In this document: positions 9,458 through 18,818 of the stretch, piece after piece
How the letters are laid out: each line of letters opens with the position of its first letter
Position numbering within the stretch: the first letter of the stretch is position 1
NCBI GenBank assembly: GCA_039683615.1
Contig: JBDKRA010000022.1
Span: 197,146-261,145, forward strand
Origin: Phycisphaerae bacterium
GTDB taxonomy: Bacteria; Planctomycetota; Phycisphaerae; SM23-33
DNA length: 64,000 nt
Direction: 5' to 3'
Notes under the pieces: generated by a model
What the model was told of the DNA's origin: nothing
What the model saw: only the letters and a program-made list of their open reading frames with translations
Databases searched by the model: none
Translations under genes and position numbers: made by a program

Positions 9458-10334
9458 TCTTTTGCGACGTCGGGGCAACGCCCTTGCCGACCACGGCGAT
9501 TCCCAGCTTGTCCGCCAGCGCCAGCGTTGCGGGCTTGTCGACGATCAGCGTCTTGCCGGCCTCGACGACCAGGCAGGCGCACTTGGCGTCTTTGAGATTT
9601 CGGATGGTGCTGGGCCCGACGGTGGGCACGTCGAAGCGCATGTCCTGCTTGGGGCGGGCAACCTTGACCATGATCCACTTGCCCTTGCGGCAGACGCGCC
9701 CCGCGCGGCGGATCATCGCGTCGGTGCCCTCCATCGCCTCGACGGCGATGATGTCGCGCTCCTTGACGGCGATGCTCTGGCCGATGTCCAGGTCCGCGCT
9801 GGCGCGGGCGATGTACCAGCCGAAATCCACGTCGGCCGCCACGCCGCCGGGCAGCGGCTTGTGCGTCATCAGCCCTTCGTCGGCCAGATGCTCCTGACAG
9901 TATTTCACGCTCGACACCAGTTCGATCCCTTCGCTTCGCAGCTCGTCGGCCACTGAAAGCAGGACGGCGTTGTCGCGCTTGTCTTTCCGCAGCCGCAGAT
10001 ACCATATCTTAGCGGAGCGGATATCGGGAACATATCGTAAAAGCCTCAGCGGGGTGTAGATGGCCTGCTTCTTGACGCCGCCGACCATGACGGCCTCGTG
10101 CACGCCATGCTTCTTGAAGAAGCGGATCCACTGGCCGGCCCGCACGATGCCCACCCACTTGAAATCATCCGACAGCCCCTTGAGGCGAACCGAAGCGAGG
10201 CTGGAAAAGCCGATCGTGATCAGCGGGCGTCCGGTGGCGATGATCCCATTGGCCACCAGGAACGGCAGGCGTCCGCTGCCGGCGATCAGCCCCACGGGCT
10301 CGCGTTTGAGGTCGATATCCATCGCCGCCCTCAA
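9435..10334 (-). CDS. lpxI: UDP-2,3-diacylglucosamine hydrolase LpxI (DUF1009 family)
   Basis: GLIAGSGRLP N-terminal motif and a length near 290 aa. It is co-directional with, and 4-nt overlapping, the ABC ATPase gene. Confidence 0.65.
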   Translation of the reverse strand: MRAAMDIDLKREPVGLIAGSGRLPFLVANGIIATGRPLITIGFSSLASVRLKGLSDDFKWVGIVRAGQWIRFFKKHGVHEAVMVGGVKKQAIYTPLRLLRYVPDIRSAKIWYLRLRKDKRDNAVLLSVADELRSEGIELVSSVKYCQEHLADEGLMTHKPLPGGVAADVDFGWYIARASADLDIGQSIAVKERDIIAVEAMEGTDAMIRRAGRVCRKGKWIMVKVARPKQDMRFDVPTVGPSTIRNLKDAKCACLVVEAGKTLIVDKPATLALADKLGIAVVGKGVAPTSQKTTTCRPD

Positions 10335-11026
10335 CCGCCCAGCCGTCCGTCAGCGAGGCGAAAGACGGTATCGGCCTGCTGGGCGAGGTTGTTGTCGTGC
10401 GTGACCATGAGGATCGTCTGGCCGCGCTGCTGGTTGAAGCTTCGCAGCACCGAGATGATCTGCTTGCCGGTGACGCTGTCGAGGTTTCCGGTGGGTTCGT
10501 CGGCCAGCAGCACCTTGGGATTGTTGATCAGCGCCCGGGCGATAGCGACGCGCTGTCGCTCGCCACCTGAGAGCTCGCGCGGGCGGTGGCCCAGGCGGTG
10601 CGAGAGATTCAGCGACTCGAGGATTTCGACCGCCTGTTTGCGGGCGGGCCCGCGGCGGCGCGACCAGGCGAGGACCGAGCTGTCCACCTTCACCGGCAGC
10701 AGCACGTTTTCGATAATGTCCAGCTCCGGCACGAGGTGGTAGAACTGGAAGACGAAGCCCACGTCGCGGCATCGCACCCGATTGCGCTTAGCGGCGGGCA
10801 GCTTCGACGCGTCGATGCCGTCGAGCCAGACCGATCCGGCGTCGGGCTTGTCGAGCAGGCCCACCAGGTGCAGCAGGGTGCTCTTGCCGCTGCCCGAGGC
10901 CCCGACCACCACGGCGAACTCGCCCTTGCGCACCTGCACGTCCACCCCGCGCAGCACCCGCAGCGTCGAGCTGCCCATGTGGTAGCTCTTGGTCAGCCCT
11001 TGGGCCTTGATCGCCAGGTCATTCAT
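10331..11026 (-). CDS. lolD: ABC transporter ATP-binding protein, LolD/MacB-type
   Basis: Walker A GASGSGKST, ABC signature LSGGERQRVAIARAL, Walker B LLADEPTGNLD, and an H-loop are present. Confidence 0.85.
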   Translation of the reverse strand: MNDLAIKAQGLTKSYHMGSSTLRVLRGVDVQVRKGEFAVVVGASGSGKSTLLHLVGLLDKPDAGSVWLDGIDASKLPAAKRNRVRCRDVGFVFQFYHLVPELDIIENVLLPVKVDSSVLAWSRRRGPARKQAVEILESLNLSHRLGHRPRELSGGERQRVAIARALINNPKVLLADEPTGNLDSVTGKQIISVLRSFNQQRGQTILMVTHDNNLAQQADTVFRLADGRLGG

Positions 11027-13046
11027 AGCGAAGGGCCTCCACCGGCTGCATGCGGGCCGCCCGGACCGCCGGAATCATCGCCCCGATCAGCCCCGCCACC
11101 AGGGCGCCGGCGATGATCCACACCGCCGCGGACCAGTCCACCTCGTTGGGGATCTTCTCGAACATGAACGTCTCGGGGTCCCAGACGCGGAAACCCACTG
11201 TCGCATCCGTGAAGTCCTGGATGGCATTGATATTCCTGACGAAGATCCATCCCAGCACCGATCCCAGCACCGACCCGATCAGCCCGATGATCGCCCCGTA
11301 GCCGAAGAAGATGCCCGCCACGCCCCAGGACGAACCGCCCACCGCCTTGACGATCCCGATGTCGGCGGTCTTCTGCACCACGATCACGTACAGGATCACC
11401 ACGATCAGCAGCACCGACACGCCCCACATGATGCTGTTCATCACGATCGCCAGCGTTCGCTGCTGCTGGATGGGCCCGATCACGTGCCGCTGCAACTGCC
11501 GCCACGTCACGATCGAGACCTCGCCCGAGGCCCGGTGGCTGGGCTCGGCCGCGAAGGTCTTCCAGAGTTCCTGAATCTTGCCCGAGACATCCTGGAGAAT
11601 CTCTTCTTCCGAATACCGGTGCGGGAGCCACTGCCCCTTGGCGCCTTCCAGGAGCCGCGCCGAGGGCACCCACTTGTCGATGTCCACCTTGAAATGGATC
11701 TGCGAGCAGCGGGCCGGCACGACCACCCGCTTGGAGTCGTCTGCGTCGTACTCGGCGGCCATGTTGTTCATGGCCTGCAGCGTCTCAAAGGGAATGTAGA
11801 CGAACTTCGAGTCGATGCTGGAGACGTCGCTGTGATTGTCGTCGATGACGGTGAAGTCGGCCATCTGCACCTGCGGCATGGACGTGCCGGTCGCCTTGCC
11901 CAGCGGCAGCATCAGCAGCGAGATCTTGTTGCCGGGCACGACGTGGCGGATCGTCTCGCCTTTGGGCGAACGGAATGACAGCCCGCCGATGCCCAGGCCC
12001 AGAACGACGCGGTGCGCCGCATCGCCCATCAGGTACTCCTGCGTCAGGGCCAGGCAGCGGTCCAGGGCGTCGACGGTCTCGACGGTGGGCAGGTCCTGGC
12101 GAGCCCGCTTGAGCTCGTCTTTGAGACCGGGCAGCGCCGCCTCGACCGACTTGTTCGTGCGCAGAAAATCCTCGGCCGCCAGCGTCTCCAGCAGCACCAA
12201 GGCCTGACTCAGCGCGGCGGTGGTCGATGCGGATGGGCCTTTGTCCTGGGCCTGTGCCAGCACGTTGCGGAGGTCCGTCCACTGTTGGCGGTACTTCTGC
12301 GTGTTGAGGATGCATCGCTGAGCGCGGCGCCGGAAGACAAACGTCGTCTGGATCCGCTCGGCGATCGCCTGCGAGGCCAGGATGTCGCGCATCTGCGAGT
12401 CGGTCAGGTCGTCGGCCGTCTTCTGCGGCAGCGCGGCGAGCCAGGCCATATCGTCGTCGCCGACCGGCGGCGGCGAGTCCAGCAGCTTGTCCAGGCGCTG
12501 GCGCTGGATAGGCAGGAGCTTGTCCCGGTCGGTCTGCAGGGCGTAGACCTTGAGCGTCTCGCGCTGGCGGATCAAGAGCACCTGGTCATTGTCCTGCTTG
12601 ATCCTTTCCAGCAGCAGCTTTGCCGGCGGATCGAACGTGGGTCGCGGCACGCCGGCCTCGAAGTAGAGCCCCTGCTCGAAGTCGGACACGTCCACGCGCT
12701 GGGGCAGGCGGATGCCGGCGATCTGGATCGTCTGGCGAAAATCGGTGCCCGGCACCGGCAGGATGCCATACGCGAGAATGAAGGGCGAGCCGGCCTTGAC
12801 CTCGGGCACCTTCTTCGTCACCTCGGCGATGAACTCGTCGTAGTACGCCATGCCGGTGACGCCGCCGGACTCGACGACGACGTCGCCGAAAAGCCCCTTG
12901 GCCGCCCGCTCGATCTTCCACAGAAACCCGCTCATGACGCTGACGCTGACGAGCATCAAAAACACGCACGCCGACACGCCCAGCATCGCCAGGATCGCCA
13001 GGGCCTTGCTGCGCAGGTACGTCAGGAGTAGGTGGAGTTTGTACAT
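11019..13046 (-). CDS. FtsX-family ABC transporter permease (LolC/E or MacB-like) with a large periplasmic domain
   Basis: An N-terminal TM helix is followed by a periplasmic domain of about 470 aa and a C-terminal FtsX-type 3-TM bundle. It overlaps lolD by 8 nt. Confidence 0.8.
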   Translation of the reverse strand: MYKLHLLLTYLRSKALAILAMLGVSACVFLMLVSVSVMSGFLWKIERAAKGLFGDVVVESGGVTGMAYYDEFIAEVTKKVPEVKAGSPFILAYGILPVPGTDFRQTIQIAGIRLPQRVDVSDFEQGLYFEAGVPRPTFDPPAKLLLERIKQDNDQVLLIRQRETLKVYALQTDRDKLLPIQRQRLDKLLDSPPPVGDDDMAWLAALPQKTADDLTDSQMRDILASQAIAERIQTTFVFRRRAQRCILNTQKYRQQWTDLRNVLAQAQDKGPSASTTAALSQALVLLETLAAEDFLRTNKSVEAALPGLKDELKRARQDLPTVETVDALDRCLALTQEYLMGDAAHRVVLGLGIGGLSFRSPKGETIRHVVPGNKISLLMLPLGKATGTSMPQVQMADFTVIDDNHSDVSSIDSKFVYIPFETLQAMNNMAAEYDADDSKRVVVPARCSQIHFKVDIDKWVPSARLLEGAKGQWLPHRYSEEEILQDVSGKIQELWKTFAAEPSHRASGEVSIVTWRQLQRHVIGPIQQQRTLAIVMNSIMWGVSVLLIVVILYVIVVQKTADIGIVKAVGGSSWGVAGIFFGYGAIIGLIGSVLGSVLGWIFVRNINAIQDFTDATVGFRVWDPETFMFEKIPNEVDWSAAVWIIAGALVAGLIGAMIPAVRAARMQPVEALRYE

Positions 13047-13056
13047 TTCTTGAAAA

Positions 13057-13110
13057 CAGTAATCAGTAATCAGTAATCAGTAATCGGTAAACCGTAATCG
13101 GTATCGGTAA
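13057..13110. repeat. Tandem heptad array (CAGTAAT)n; left terminal inverted repeat of the four-helix-bundle cassette
   Basis: cagtaatcagtaatcagtaatcagtaatcggtaa... abuts the stop codon of the 13111-13494 gene. Its reverse complement forms the array at 13527-13606. Confidence 0.7.
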
Positions 13111-13494
13111 TCAGTCGCCTGTCTTCTGCTTCTGAAGGTAGGTGATATATCCGTTGAGGAGCTTCATCGTCTCAGCAGCAACCTTGCGGATCTCGTCCAA
13201 GCTTGGCTTATCCGCATAATTCCGATCTTCGCTGGTATTGAGATCATCCACTATTTCACACACAGAGCCTCGAGAAGTTCGGCAGAACTTCGTGTTGTCT
13301 TGCCAGCTGTACCGTCCATGACCTTCGGCAATATTGTTTGTCACAGAAACAGCAGCTCTTCGCAGTTGCTGTGCCAAGCCGTATTTCTCACAGTCAGGCA
13401 ACCGTCCAGCCAACGCATAAGCTTTGCCCCGCAGTTCCCTCGCCTTCCTGTATACCGCCAAATCTTCAAACCCAAACGGGCTTCTCTCTTCCAT
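13111..13494 (-). CDS. Four-helix-bundle protein (23S rRNA intervening-sequence protein family)
   Basis: 127 aa with the family motifs LRRAAVSVTNNIAEGHGRYS and KFCRTSRGSVCE. Confidence 0.8.
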   Translation of the reverse strand: MEERSPFGFEDLAVYRKARELRGKAYALAGRLPDCEKYGLAQQLRRAAVSVTNNIAEGHGRYSWQDNTKFCRTSRGSVCEIVDDLNTSEDRNYADKPSLDEIRKVAAETMKLLNGYITYLQKQKTGD

Positions 13495-13526
13495 ATCCTC
13501 ACCCCATAGAAGCGACTATCGATCAT

Positions 13527-13606
13527 CGGTTACCGATCCGATTGCTGATTACGTTACTGATTACTGGTTACTGATTACCGATTACCGATTACTGATTACC
13601 GATTAT
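13527..13606. repeat. Tandem heptad array (CTGATTA/CCGATTA)n; right terminal inverted repeat of the four-helix-bundle cassette
   Basis: ctgattacgttactgattactggttactgattaccgattaccgattactgattaccgattattg is the reverse complement of the left array. It overlaps the lysS stop codon. Confidence 0.7.
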
Positions 13607-15078
13607 TGCCTCAATAGCGGAAACAACACGACGTCCCTGATACTCTGCCGATTTGTCAGCAGCATCACCACGCGATCTATGCCGATGCCCAGTCCGCCTG
13701 CCGGGGGCATGCCGTGACGCAGGGCGGTTACGAAATCTTCGTCCATCTGCCGCATGGCCGCGCCGTCGCCTTCGCCCTTGACCTGCTGGAGGAAGTTGGC
13801 CTCCTGAATCGCCGGGTCATTGAGCTCGGTGTAGGCGTTGCCGATCTCCATGCCCGCGATGAACACCTCGAATCGCAGGGCGATGCCCGGGTCGTCCGGC
13901 TTGCGGCGCGTCAGCGGACAGATCTCGGCCGGGTAGTCCTTCACGAACAGCGGCGTGTTCATCTTGGCCATCGCCGGCTCGACGGTGGCCTCGAAGACCT
14001 CGTTGATCACCACCGCGTCGTCCTTGTTGGACTCCTGCAGTTGCAGCTCGCGAGCTTTGGCGCGCACGGCGGCCGCGTCACGCATCTTCACGCCGGCGTA
14101 TTTTTCCAGCAGATCGCCGTAGGTCGCCCGAGGCCACGGGCGGGTCAGGTCCAGTTCCATCTCGCCGTAGGGGATCTTCAGCCCGCCGGCGACCTTCTCG
14201 GCCGCGGTGGAGATCAACTCTTCGGTAATCTCCATCATGACCTCGTAGTCGGCGTAGGCCTCGTAGAGTTCCATCATCGTGAACTCGGGATTGTGCCGCG
14301 TGTCGATGCCTTCGTTGCGGAAATTGCGGCCGATCTCGAAGACCCGCTGCATCCCGCCCACCAGCAGCCGCTTGAGGTATAGCTCCGGGCTGATGCGCAG
14401 GAACAGGTCTGCGTCGAGGGTATTGTGGTGCGTCGTAAACGGCCGCGCCGCCCCGCCGCCGTAGATCGGCTGCAGGATCGGCGTCTCGACCTCGGCGTAT
14501 CCGCGGGCAGCCAGCTTGGCTCGGATGTGATTGATGATCGCCACGCGCTTCTGGAAGACGGCCATCGAGTCGGGGTTGGCCGCGAGGTCGAGGTACCGCT
14601 GGCGGTAGCGCGTCTCCGTGTCAGTAAGGCCGTGGAACTTCTCGGGCATCGGCTCGAGGCTCTTGCACAGCAGCGTCAGGCGCTTGGCCCAGACGGTGAT
14701 CTCGCCGGTCTTGGTGCGCTGCAGCGGGCCCGCGGCCGCCACGATGTCACCCAGGTCCAGCAGCTTGGCCAGGGCCCAGGACTTCTCGTCCAGATCATTC
14801 TTGCGCAGGGCGATTTGCATCTGCCCGCTCTGGTCGCGCAGGTGGGCGAAGATCATCTTGCCCATGTCACGAAAGAGGATGACCCGCCCCGCCACGTCGG
14901 CGGCCTGGCCTTCCAGGGCGTGACCTTGGGCGTCTTCCTTGTAGCCTTCCAGCACGGTGCTGATGGGCGCAGCGGTATCATACCGCCAGCCGTAAGGGTC
15001 GATACCCAGCTCGCGCACCTTATCGAGGTTCGCTTGCCTGTCTGCCTGCACTTTTTCCAGCATGAATGGACTTTCCAC
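13603..15078 (-). CDS. lysS: Lysine--tRNA ligase (class II)
   Basis: OB-fold N-domain; class II motifs FRNEGIDTRHNPEFTMMELY and GGLGIGIDRVVMLLT. Confidence 0.95.
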   Translation of the reverse strand: MESPFMLEKVQADRQANLDKVRELGIDPYGWRYDTAAPISTVLEGYKEDAQGHALEGQAADVAGRVILFRDMGKMIFAHLRDQSGQMQIALRKNDLDEKSWALAKLLDLGDIVAAAGPLQRTKTGEITVWAKRLTLLCKSLEPMPEKFHGLTDTETRYRQRYLDLAANPDSMAVFQKRVAIINHIRAKLAARGYAEVETPILQPIYGGGAARPFTTHHNTLDADLFLRISPELYLKRLLVGGMQRVFEIGRNFRNEGIDTRHNPEFTMMELYEAYADYEVMMEITEELISTAAEKVAGGLKIPYGEMELDLTRPWPRATYGDLLEKYAGVKMRDAAAVRAKARELQLQESNKDDAVVINEVFEATVEPAMAKMNTPLFVKDYPAEICPLTRRKPDDPGIALRFEVFIAGMEIGNAYTELNDPAIQEANFLQQVKGEGDGAAMRQMDEDFVTALRHGMPPAGGLGIGIDRVVMLLTNRQSIRDVVLFPLLRQ

Positions 15079-15160
15079 AAGACCCGCGGATATCCGTCAA
15101 CACGAATGATACATGATCCCCCATCGCCCGCGCGGCGTCAAGCGCCGGGGCGTATCTGGT

Positions 15161-15245
15161 GGATTGGTTAACTCGTTAACTGGTTGGCTGGTCGGCTGGT
15201 TGACCCATTAACCAATTAGCCAGTTAACCAATCAACCAACCAGCT
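15161..15245. repeat. GTTAAC/GGTTGAC-unit hairpin (family A, copy 2)
   Basis: ggttaactcgttaactggttggctggtcggctggttgaccc is mirrored by ccaattagccagttaaccaatcaaccaaccagc. Confidence 0.55.
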
Positions 15246-16026
15246 CGAACATACACCCGTGCGGCAGGTGCGTGGCTTTGACGGGCAGGTGCTCATTGAT
15301 CCACCGCGTCAGCGTGACCATGCCCGGCTCTTCGCTGGTGCCGTGGTTGACGCGGATGACCGGATGGCCGTCGTCGCGGGCCATCTGGATGCCCGACCAG
15401 TAGCACGAACCGTCGTCGCAAACGACCGAGCAGTCGCAACCCATCGAGCGATAGGTGTTGATGTCGCACCCGCAGCCGGTGCCCACGCCGATCTTGCTGA
15501 CGGTCTGCTGCAGGTCGCCGGTGACCTGCACCCGGGGCTCGCCGATGGTCGCACAGCGCTTGGCCACGCGGGCGGCAAAGGCGCCCAGCGTCGTCGGGGT
15601 GATGTCGTGGCGATGCAGATATCCGTCGGCCCCGAAAGCCACGGGCTTGTCGCCCAGTTGCAGAAACTGCCCCCACGCCCACGGAATGCCCACCGCCGGC
15701 CAGCGGTCCCACGTGTCGTGCAGGCGCACGATATTGAGGCCGCTGTCTTTGATGAACGCCAGCTTCTCCTGGACGATCTTGTACTCGGGCGGATGAATCT
15801 CGGGACGGTCGTCGTGATGGCAGTAGAACGTCGGCTCGTGGGCGACCAGCAGCTTGACGCCCTGGCGCGCCGCCTCGCGCACGTGGACGAAGCTTGGCAT
15901 CCACGTCACCAGGCAGCGGTCGGCGTCAGCCTCGCCGTCGCCGGCGATAATGCGGTCGACGGTATGCTCGCGATTGACCCAGTCGGCCTGGGCGAGGAAG
16001 TGCTCCAGGAAGTCTTTGATCTTCAT
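15232..16026 (-). CDS. Nif3-like dinuclear metal centre protein
   Basis: Collinear with E. coli YbgI/YqfO: MKIKDFLEHF, LLVAHEPTFY, NIVRLHDTWD, and C-terminal VNHGTSEEPG. Confidence 0.55.
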   Translation of the reverse strand: MKIKDFLEHFLAQADWVNREHTVDRIIAGDGEADADRCLVTWMPSFVHVREAARQGVKLLVAHEPTFYCHHDDRPEIHPPEYKIVQEKLAFIKDSGLNIVRLHDTWDRWPAVGIPWAWGQFLQLGDKPVAFGADGYLHRHDITPTTLGAFAARVAKRCATIGEPRVQVTGDLQQTVSKIGVGTGCGCDINTYRSMGCDCSVVCDDGSCYWSGIQMARDDGHPVIRVNHGTSEEPGMVTLTRWINEHLPVKATHLPHGCMFELVG

Positions 16027-16067
16027 GTTTCTATTCCTTCATTGTGAGCGCGCATGGTACAGCGTTT

Positions 16068-16142
16068 GGTAGCCAGTAGCCAGTAGCCAGTGAAAGCTGG
16101 TAGTCTTTCTTGTTGTTACTGGATACCGGCTACTGGCTACTT
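16068..16142. repeat. CCAGTAGCC-unit hairpin (family B, copy 2), sited between divergent genes
   Basis: ggtagccagtagccagtagccagtg is answered by actggataccggctactggctac. Confidence 0.55.
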
Positions 16143-16157
16143 TCTCAGAGGTCCCGC

Positions 16158-17669
16158 ATGAACGCACGTATTGAATTGCTGTCCAAGCAAACCCAGCACC
16201 GCATCAGCCCGTACATTGACGGGCAGTTCATCGAGCACCTGGGCGGCTGCATTTACGACGGCATCTGGGTCGGCGAGGGCTCGGATATCCCCAACGACGG
16301 CGGGATCCGGCTGGACACGCTTGAGGCCATGCGCAAGATCGCCCCGCCAGTTGTTCGCTGGCCGGGCGGGCAGTGGGCGGACAATTACCACTGGGCCGAC
16401 GGCATCGGCCCGCGCGATCGGCGGCCGGTGCGGCAGAACCTGGGCTGGAACGCCCTGGAAAGCAACCACTTCGGCACGCACGAGTTCATGCGGTTCTGCG
16501 AACTGCTCGGGCCGGCGACGCAGAAGTACCTCTGCTGCAACCTGGGCACCGGCACGGTGGAAGAGGCCCGAAGCTGGGCTGAGTACTGCAACTGCGCCAA
16601 GGACACCACGCTCACCCGCCAGCGCGCGGCCAACGGACACCCCGCGCCGTTCGACGTGATGTTCTGGGGCCTGGGCAACGAGGCCAACTATGCCCTCGAC
16701 GGGCTGATGGGCGCTGCCCAGTACGCCCTGAGCGTGCGGCGGTTCGCCGGGTACGTCAAGATGTTCGCCTCGCAGGCGCAGTTGCCCTGGAGCAAGAACA
16801 TCAACGACGCCAAGACCGTACTGGCGCTGATGCCCGGTTGGCTCGAGCCGTTCTTTGGCTCGATCCCCGAGGGCGAGCGCGACAGCGTCATGTGCTTCTG
16901 CGACCTGCTGGCGTACCACTTCTACGCCGGCGGCGATGCAACCGCCGACGACCCGCCGGCCGACAAGCACCGCAAGTTCATCGCCTCGCTCGATGGCATG
17001 GAGGCCAACCTCAAGCTTTACACCGAATACGCCGTCAAGTACACGCGCGACTATCACAGCGTCGACATTGCCGTGGACGAGTGGGGCCTGTGGCGCAAGG
17101 AAGCCGACATCACCGCCGGCCTCGGTCAGCCCTCCGACATGTGCGACGCCCTTTTTGCCGCGGCCGTGCTGCACGTGTTCCACCGCTTCGAGAAGGTGGC
17201 CATGGCCAACCTGGCCCAGACGATGAACGTGCTGCATTCGCTGGTGTACACGCAGGGCGAGAAGTTCTACTGCTCACCCAGCTACCACGTCTTCGAGATG
17301 CTCCAGGGCCACCGCGGCGGGCAGGTGATTCAGACGCGCATTGACTCCCAGCCGGCGCTGACGCTGCCGGGGGGTAAAACTCGCGCCGCCCTATCTGTCT
17401 CGGCCACCAAGAGCGATGAGGGAATCCTGGTTTCGCTGCTGAACCTCAGCCCCGATGCGGAAATGAAGGTGGACCTCGCCATCCCCGACGCCGCGCGCTG
17501 GAGCATCAAGCAGATGCGTCGCCTCGGCGGCGCCGGCCTCGATGCCAGCAACACCTTCGACCGCCCCACCGCCGTCACCCCGGCCGATCTGCCCGCCCCC
17601 GCGCCGGCGGACACAGTCTCTCTATCGCTGCCGCCGGCGTCGCTGACCACGCTGCGATTGAACGCTTAA
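16158..17669 (+). CDS. abfA: Alpha-L-arabinofuranosidase, GH51 family
   Basis: RWPGGQWADNYHW and FGTHEFMRFCE motifs, the catalytic Glu context GLGNEA, and a C-terminal beta-sandwich. The start is at MNARIE (ATG 16158), after the hairpin repeat. Confidence 0.85.
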   Translation: MNARIELLSKQTQHRISPYIDGQFIEHLGGCIYDGIWVGEGSDIPNDGGIRLDTLEAMRKIAPPVVRWPGGQWADNYHWADGIGPRDRRPVRQNLGWNALESNHFGTHEFMRFCELLGPATQKYLCCNLGTGTVEEARSWAEYCNCAKDTTLTRQRAANGHPAPFDVMFWGLGNEANYALDGLMGAAQYALSVRRFAGYVKMFASQAQLPWSKNINDAKTVLALMPGWLEPFFGSIPEGERDSVMCFCDLLAYHFYAGGDATADDPPADKHRKFIASLDGMEANLKLYTEYAVKYTRDYHSVDIAVDEWGLWRKEADITAGLGQPSDMCDALFAAAVLHVFHRFEKVAMANLAQTMNVLHSLVYTQGEKFYCSPSYHVFEMLQGHRGGQVIQTRIDSQPALTLPGGKTRAALSVSATKSDEGILVSLLNLSPDAEMKVDLAIPDAARWSIKQMRRLGGAGLDASNTFDRPTAVTPADLPAPAPADTVSLSLPPASLTTLRLNA

Positions 17670-17783
17670 TTTTTGGGCCACAGAGGCACAGAGAACTCAG
17701 AGAAAACATTTTGATAACGGGTGCCACGCACAATACAAGCTATATGCGGCACGCGTCCGGCGCGCCCCGCCGCTAGCTTTTGG

Positions 17784-18818
17784 CTACTCTCCCGATTCAA
17801 GCTTCGAACTTCGATCTTCGAACTTCGCACTCTTCTCCGGCCGCAGGAAGACCCGGTAGAGATAGGCGTTGTACAGCAGCATCACCGGGACCAGCGGGCC
17901 GATGCCGATGAGCATGAAGACCAGCGTCTCGCGCGAGGCGGCGGCCTGGGGGACGGTGATCGAGGGCGGGATCGCGTAGGGGTACATTACGGCGATACCG
18001 CCGGCCAGCGTCAGCAGGAACACCAGCAGGCTCAGGTAGAACGGCCAGTGCGTGCGGCTGCGGAAGACCGTCGTGACGATCAGCATGGCAAAGCCGAACA
18101 CCGCTCCGATGGCCAGGCCGGGCAGGAAGTACTGCGTCTTGCGGGCGATCCAGTTCTCGAGTACGCGCTGCTGCAGGAAAGGCATGACGGCGGTGGCGGC
18201 CAGCGCCGCTGCGGCCATCATGATCGACGCGGCGATGAGCCATCGCCGAACGGGCTTGGCCAGGTGCTCTGCGGTGCGGGTCTGCAGGTACGCCGCCCCG
18301 ATGGTGACATACGCCATCGTCACGGCCAGGGCAATCAGTGCCGAGAGGCCGTTGGCCCAGTCCCAGGCGCCGCCGGCAAAGGCGCCGTCGGAGACTTTCA
18401 CGCCGCCCAGCAGCCCCCCGACGGTGAAGCCCTGGCCCAGCACGGCCATCAGGCTGCCGACGCCGAAGGCCCGCTCCCAAAGCGCCTTGCGCCTCGAGTG
18501 GGCGCCGAACTCGAACGAGACCGCGCGAAACGCCAGGCCGAAGATCATGATCGAGATGGGAATGTAGAACGCGTTGAGGGCCACGCTGTAGGCCAGCGGG
18601 AACGCTCCGAACAGCGCCCCGCCGGCCACGATCAGCCACGTCTCGTTGGCGTCCCAGATGGCGCCGATATTGGCCATCATCAGCGGGCGCAGCCGCCGGT
18701 CCCGCGTCAGCAGCGACAGCACCCCCACGCCCAGGTCGAACCCGTCCAGCATGACGTACAGCGCCAGCATCAGGCCGATCAGGCCCGCCCAGACGTATGC
18801 GCCGGTGACCTGATCCAT
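17784..18818 (-). CDS. cydB: Cytochrome bd ubiquinol oxidase subunit II
   Basis: Multi-TM protein; the N-terminus YVWAGLIGLMLALYVMLDGFDLGVG is typical of CydB. Confidence 0.9.
   Translation of the reverse strand: MDQVTGAYVWAGLIGLMLALYVMLDGFDLGVGVLSLLTRDRRLRPLMMANIGAIWDANETWLIVAGGALFGAFPLAYSVALNAFYIPISIMIFGLAFRAVSFEFGAHSRRKALWERAFGVGSLMAVLGQGFTVGGLLGGVKVSDGAFAGGAWDWANGLSALIALAVTMAYVTIGAAYLQTRTAEHLAKPVRRWLIAASIMMAAAALAATAVMPFLQQRVLENWIARKTQYFLPGLAIGAVFGFAMLIVTTVFRSRTHWPFYLSLLVFLLTLAGGIAVMYPYAIPPSITVPQAAASRETLVFMLIGIGPLVPVMLLYNAYLYRVFLRPEKSAKFEDRSSKLESGE

Noticed and set aside
13048-13612. Possible CRISPR array formed by the heptad and unit tandem repeats. This also applies to 1652-1752, 4884-4976 and 44945-45260.
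   Set aside because: The units are 7-10 nt with no unique spacers. The arrays are paired as inverted repeats and form hairpins. There are no cas genes. They are not CRISPR.
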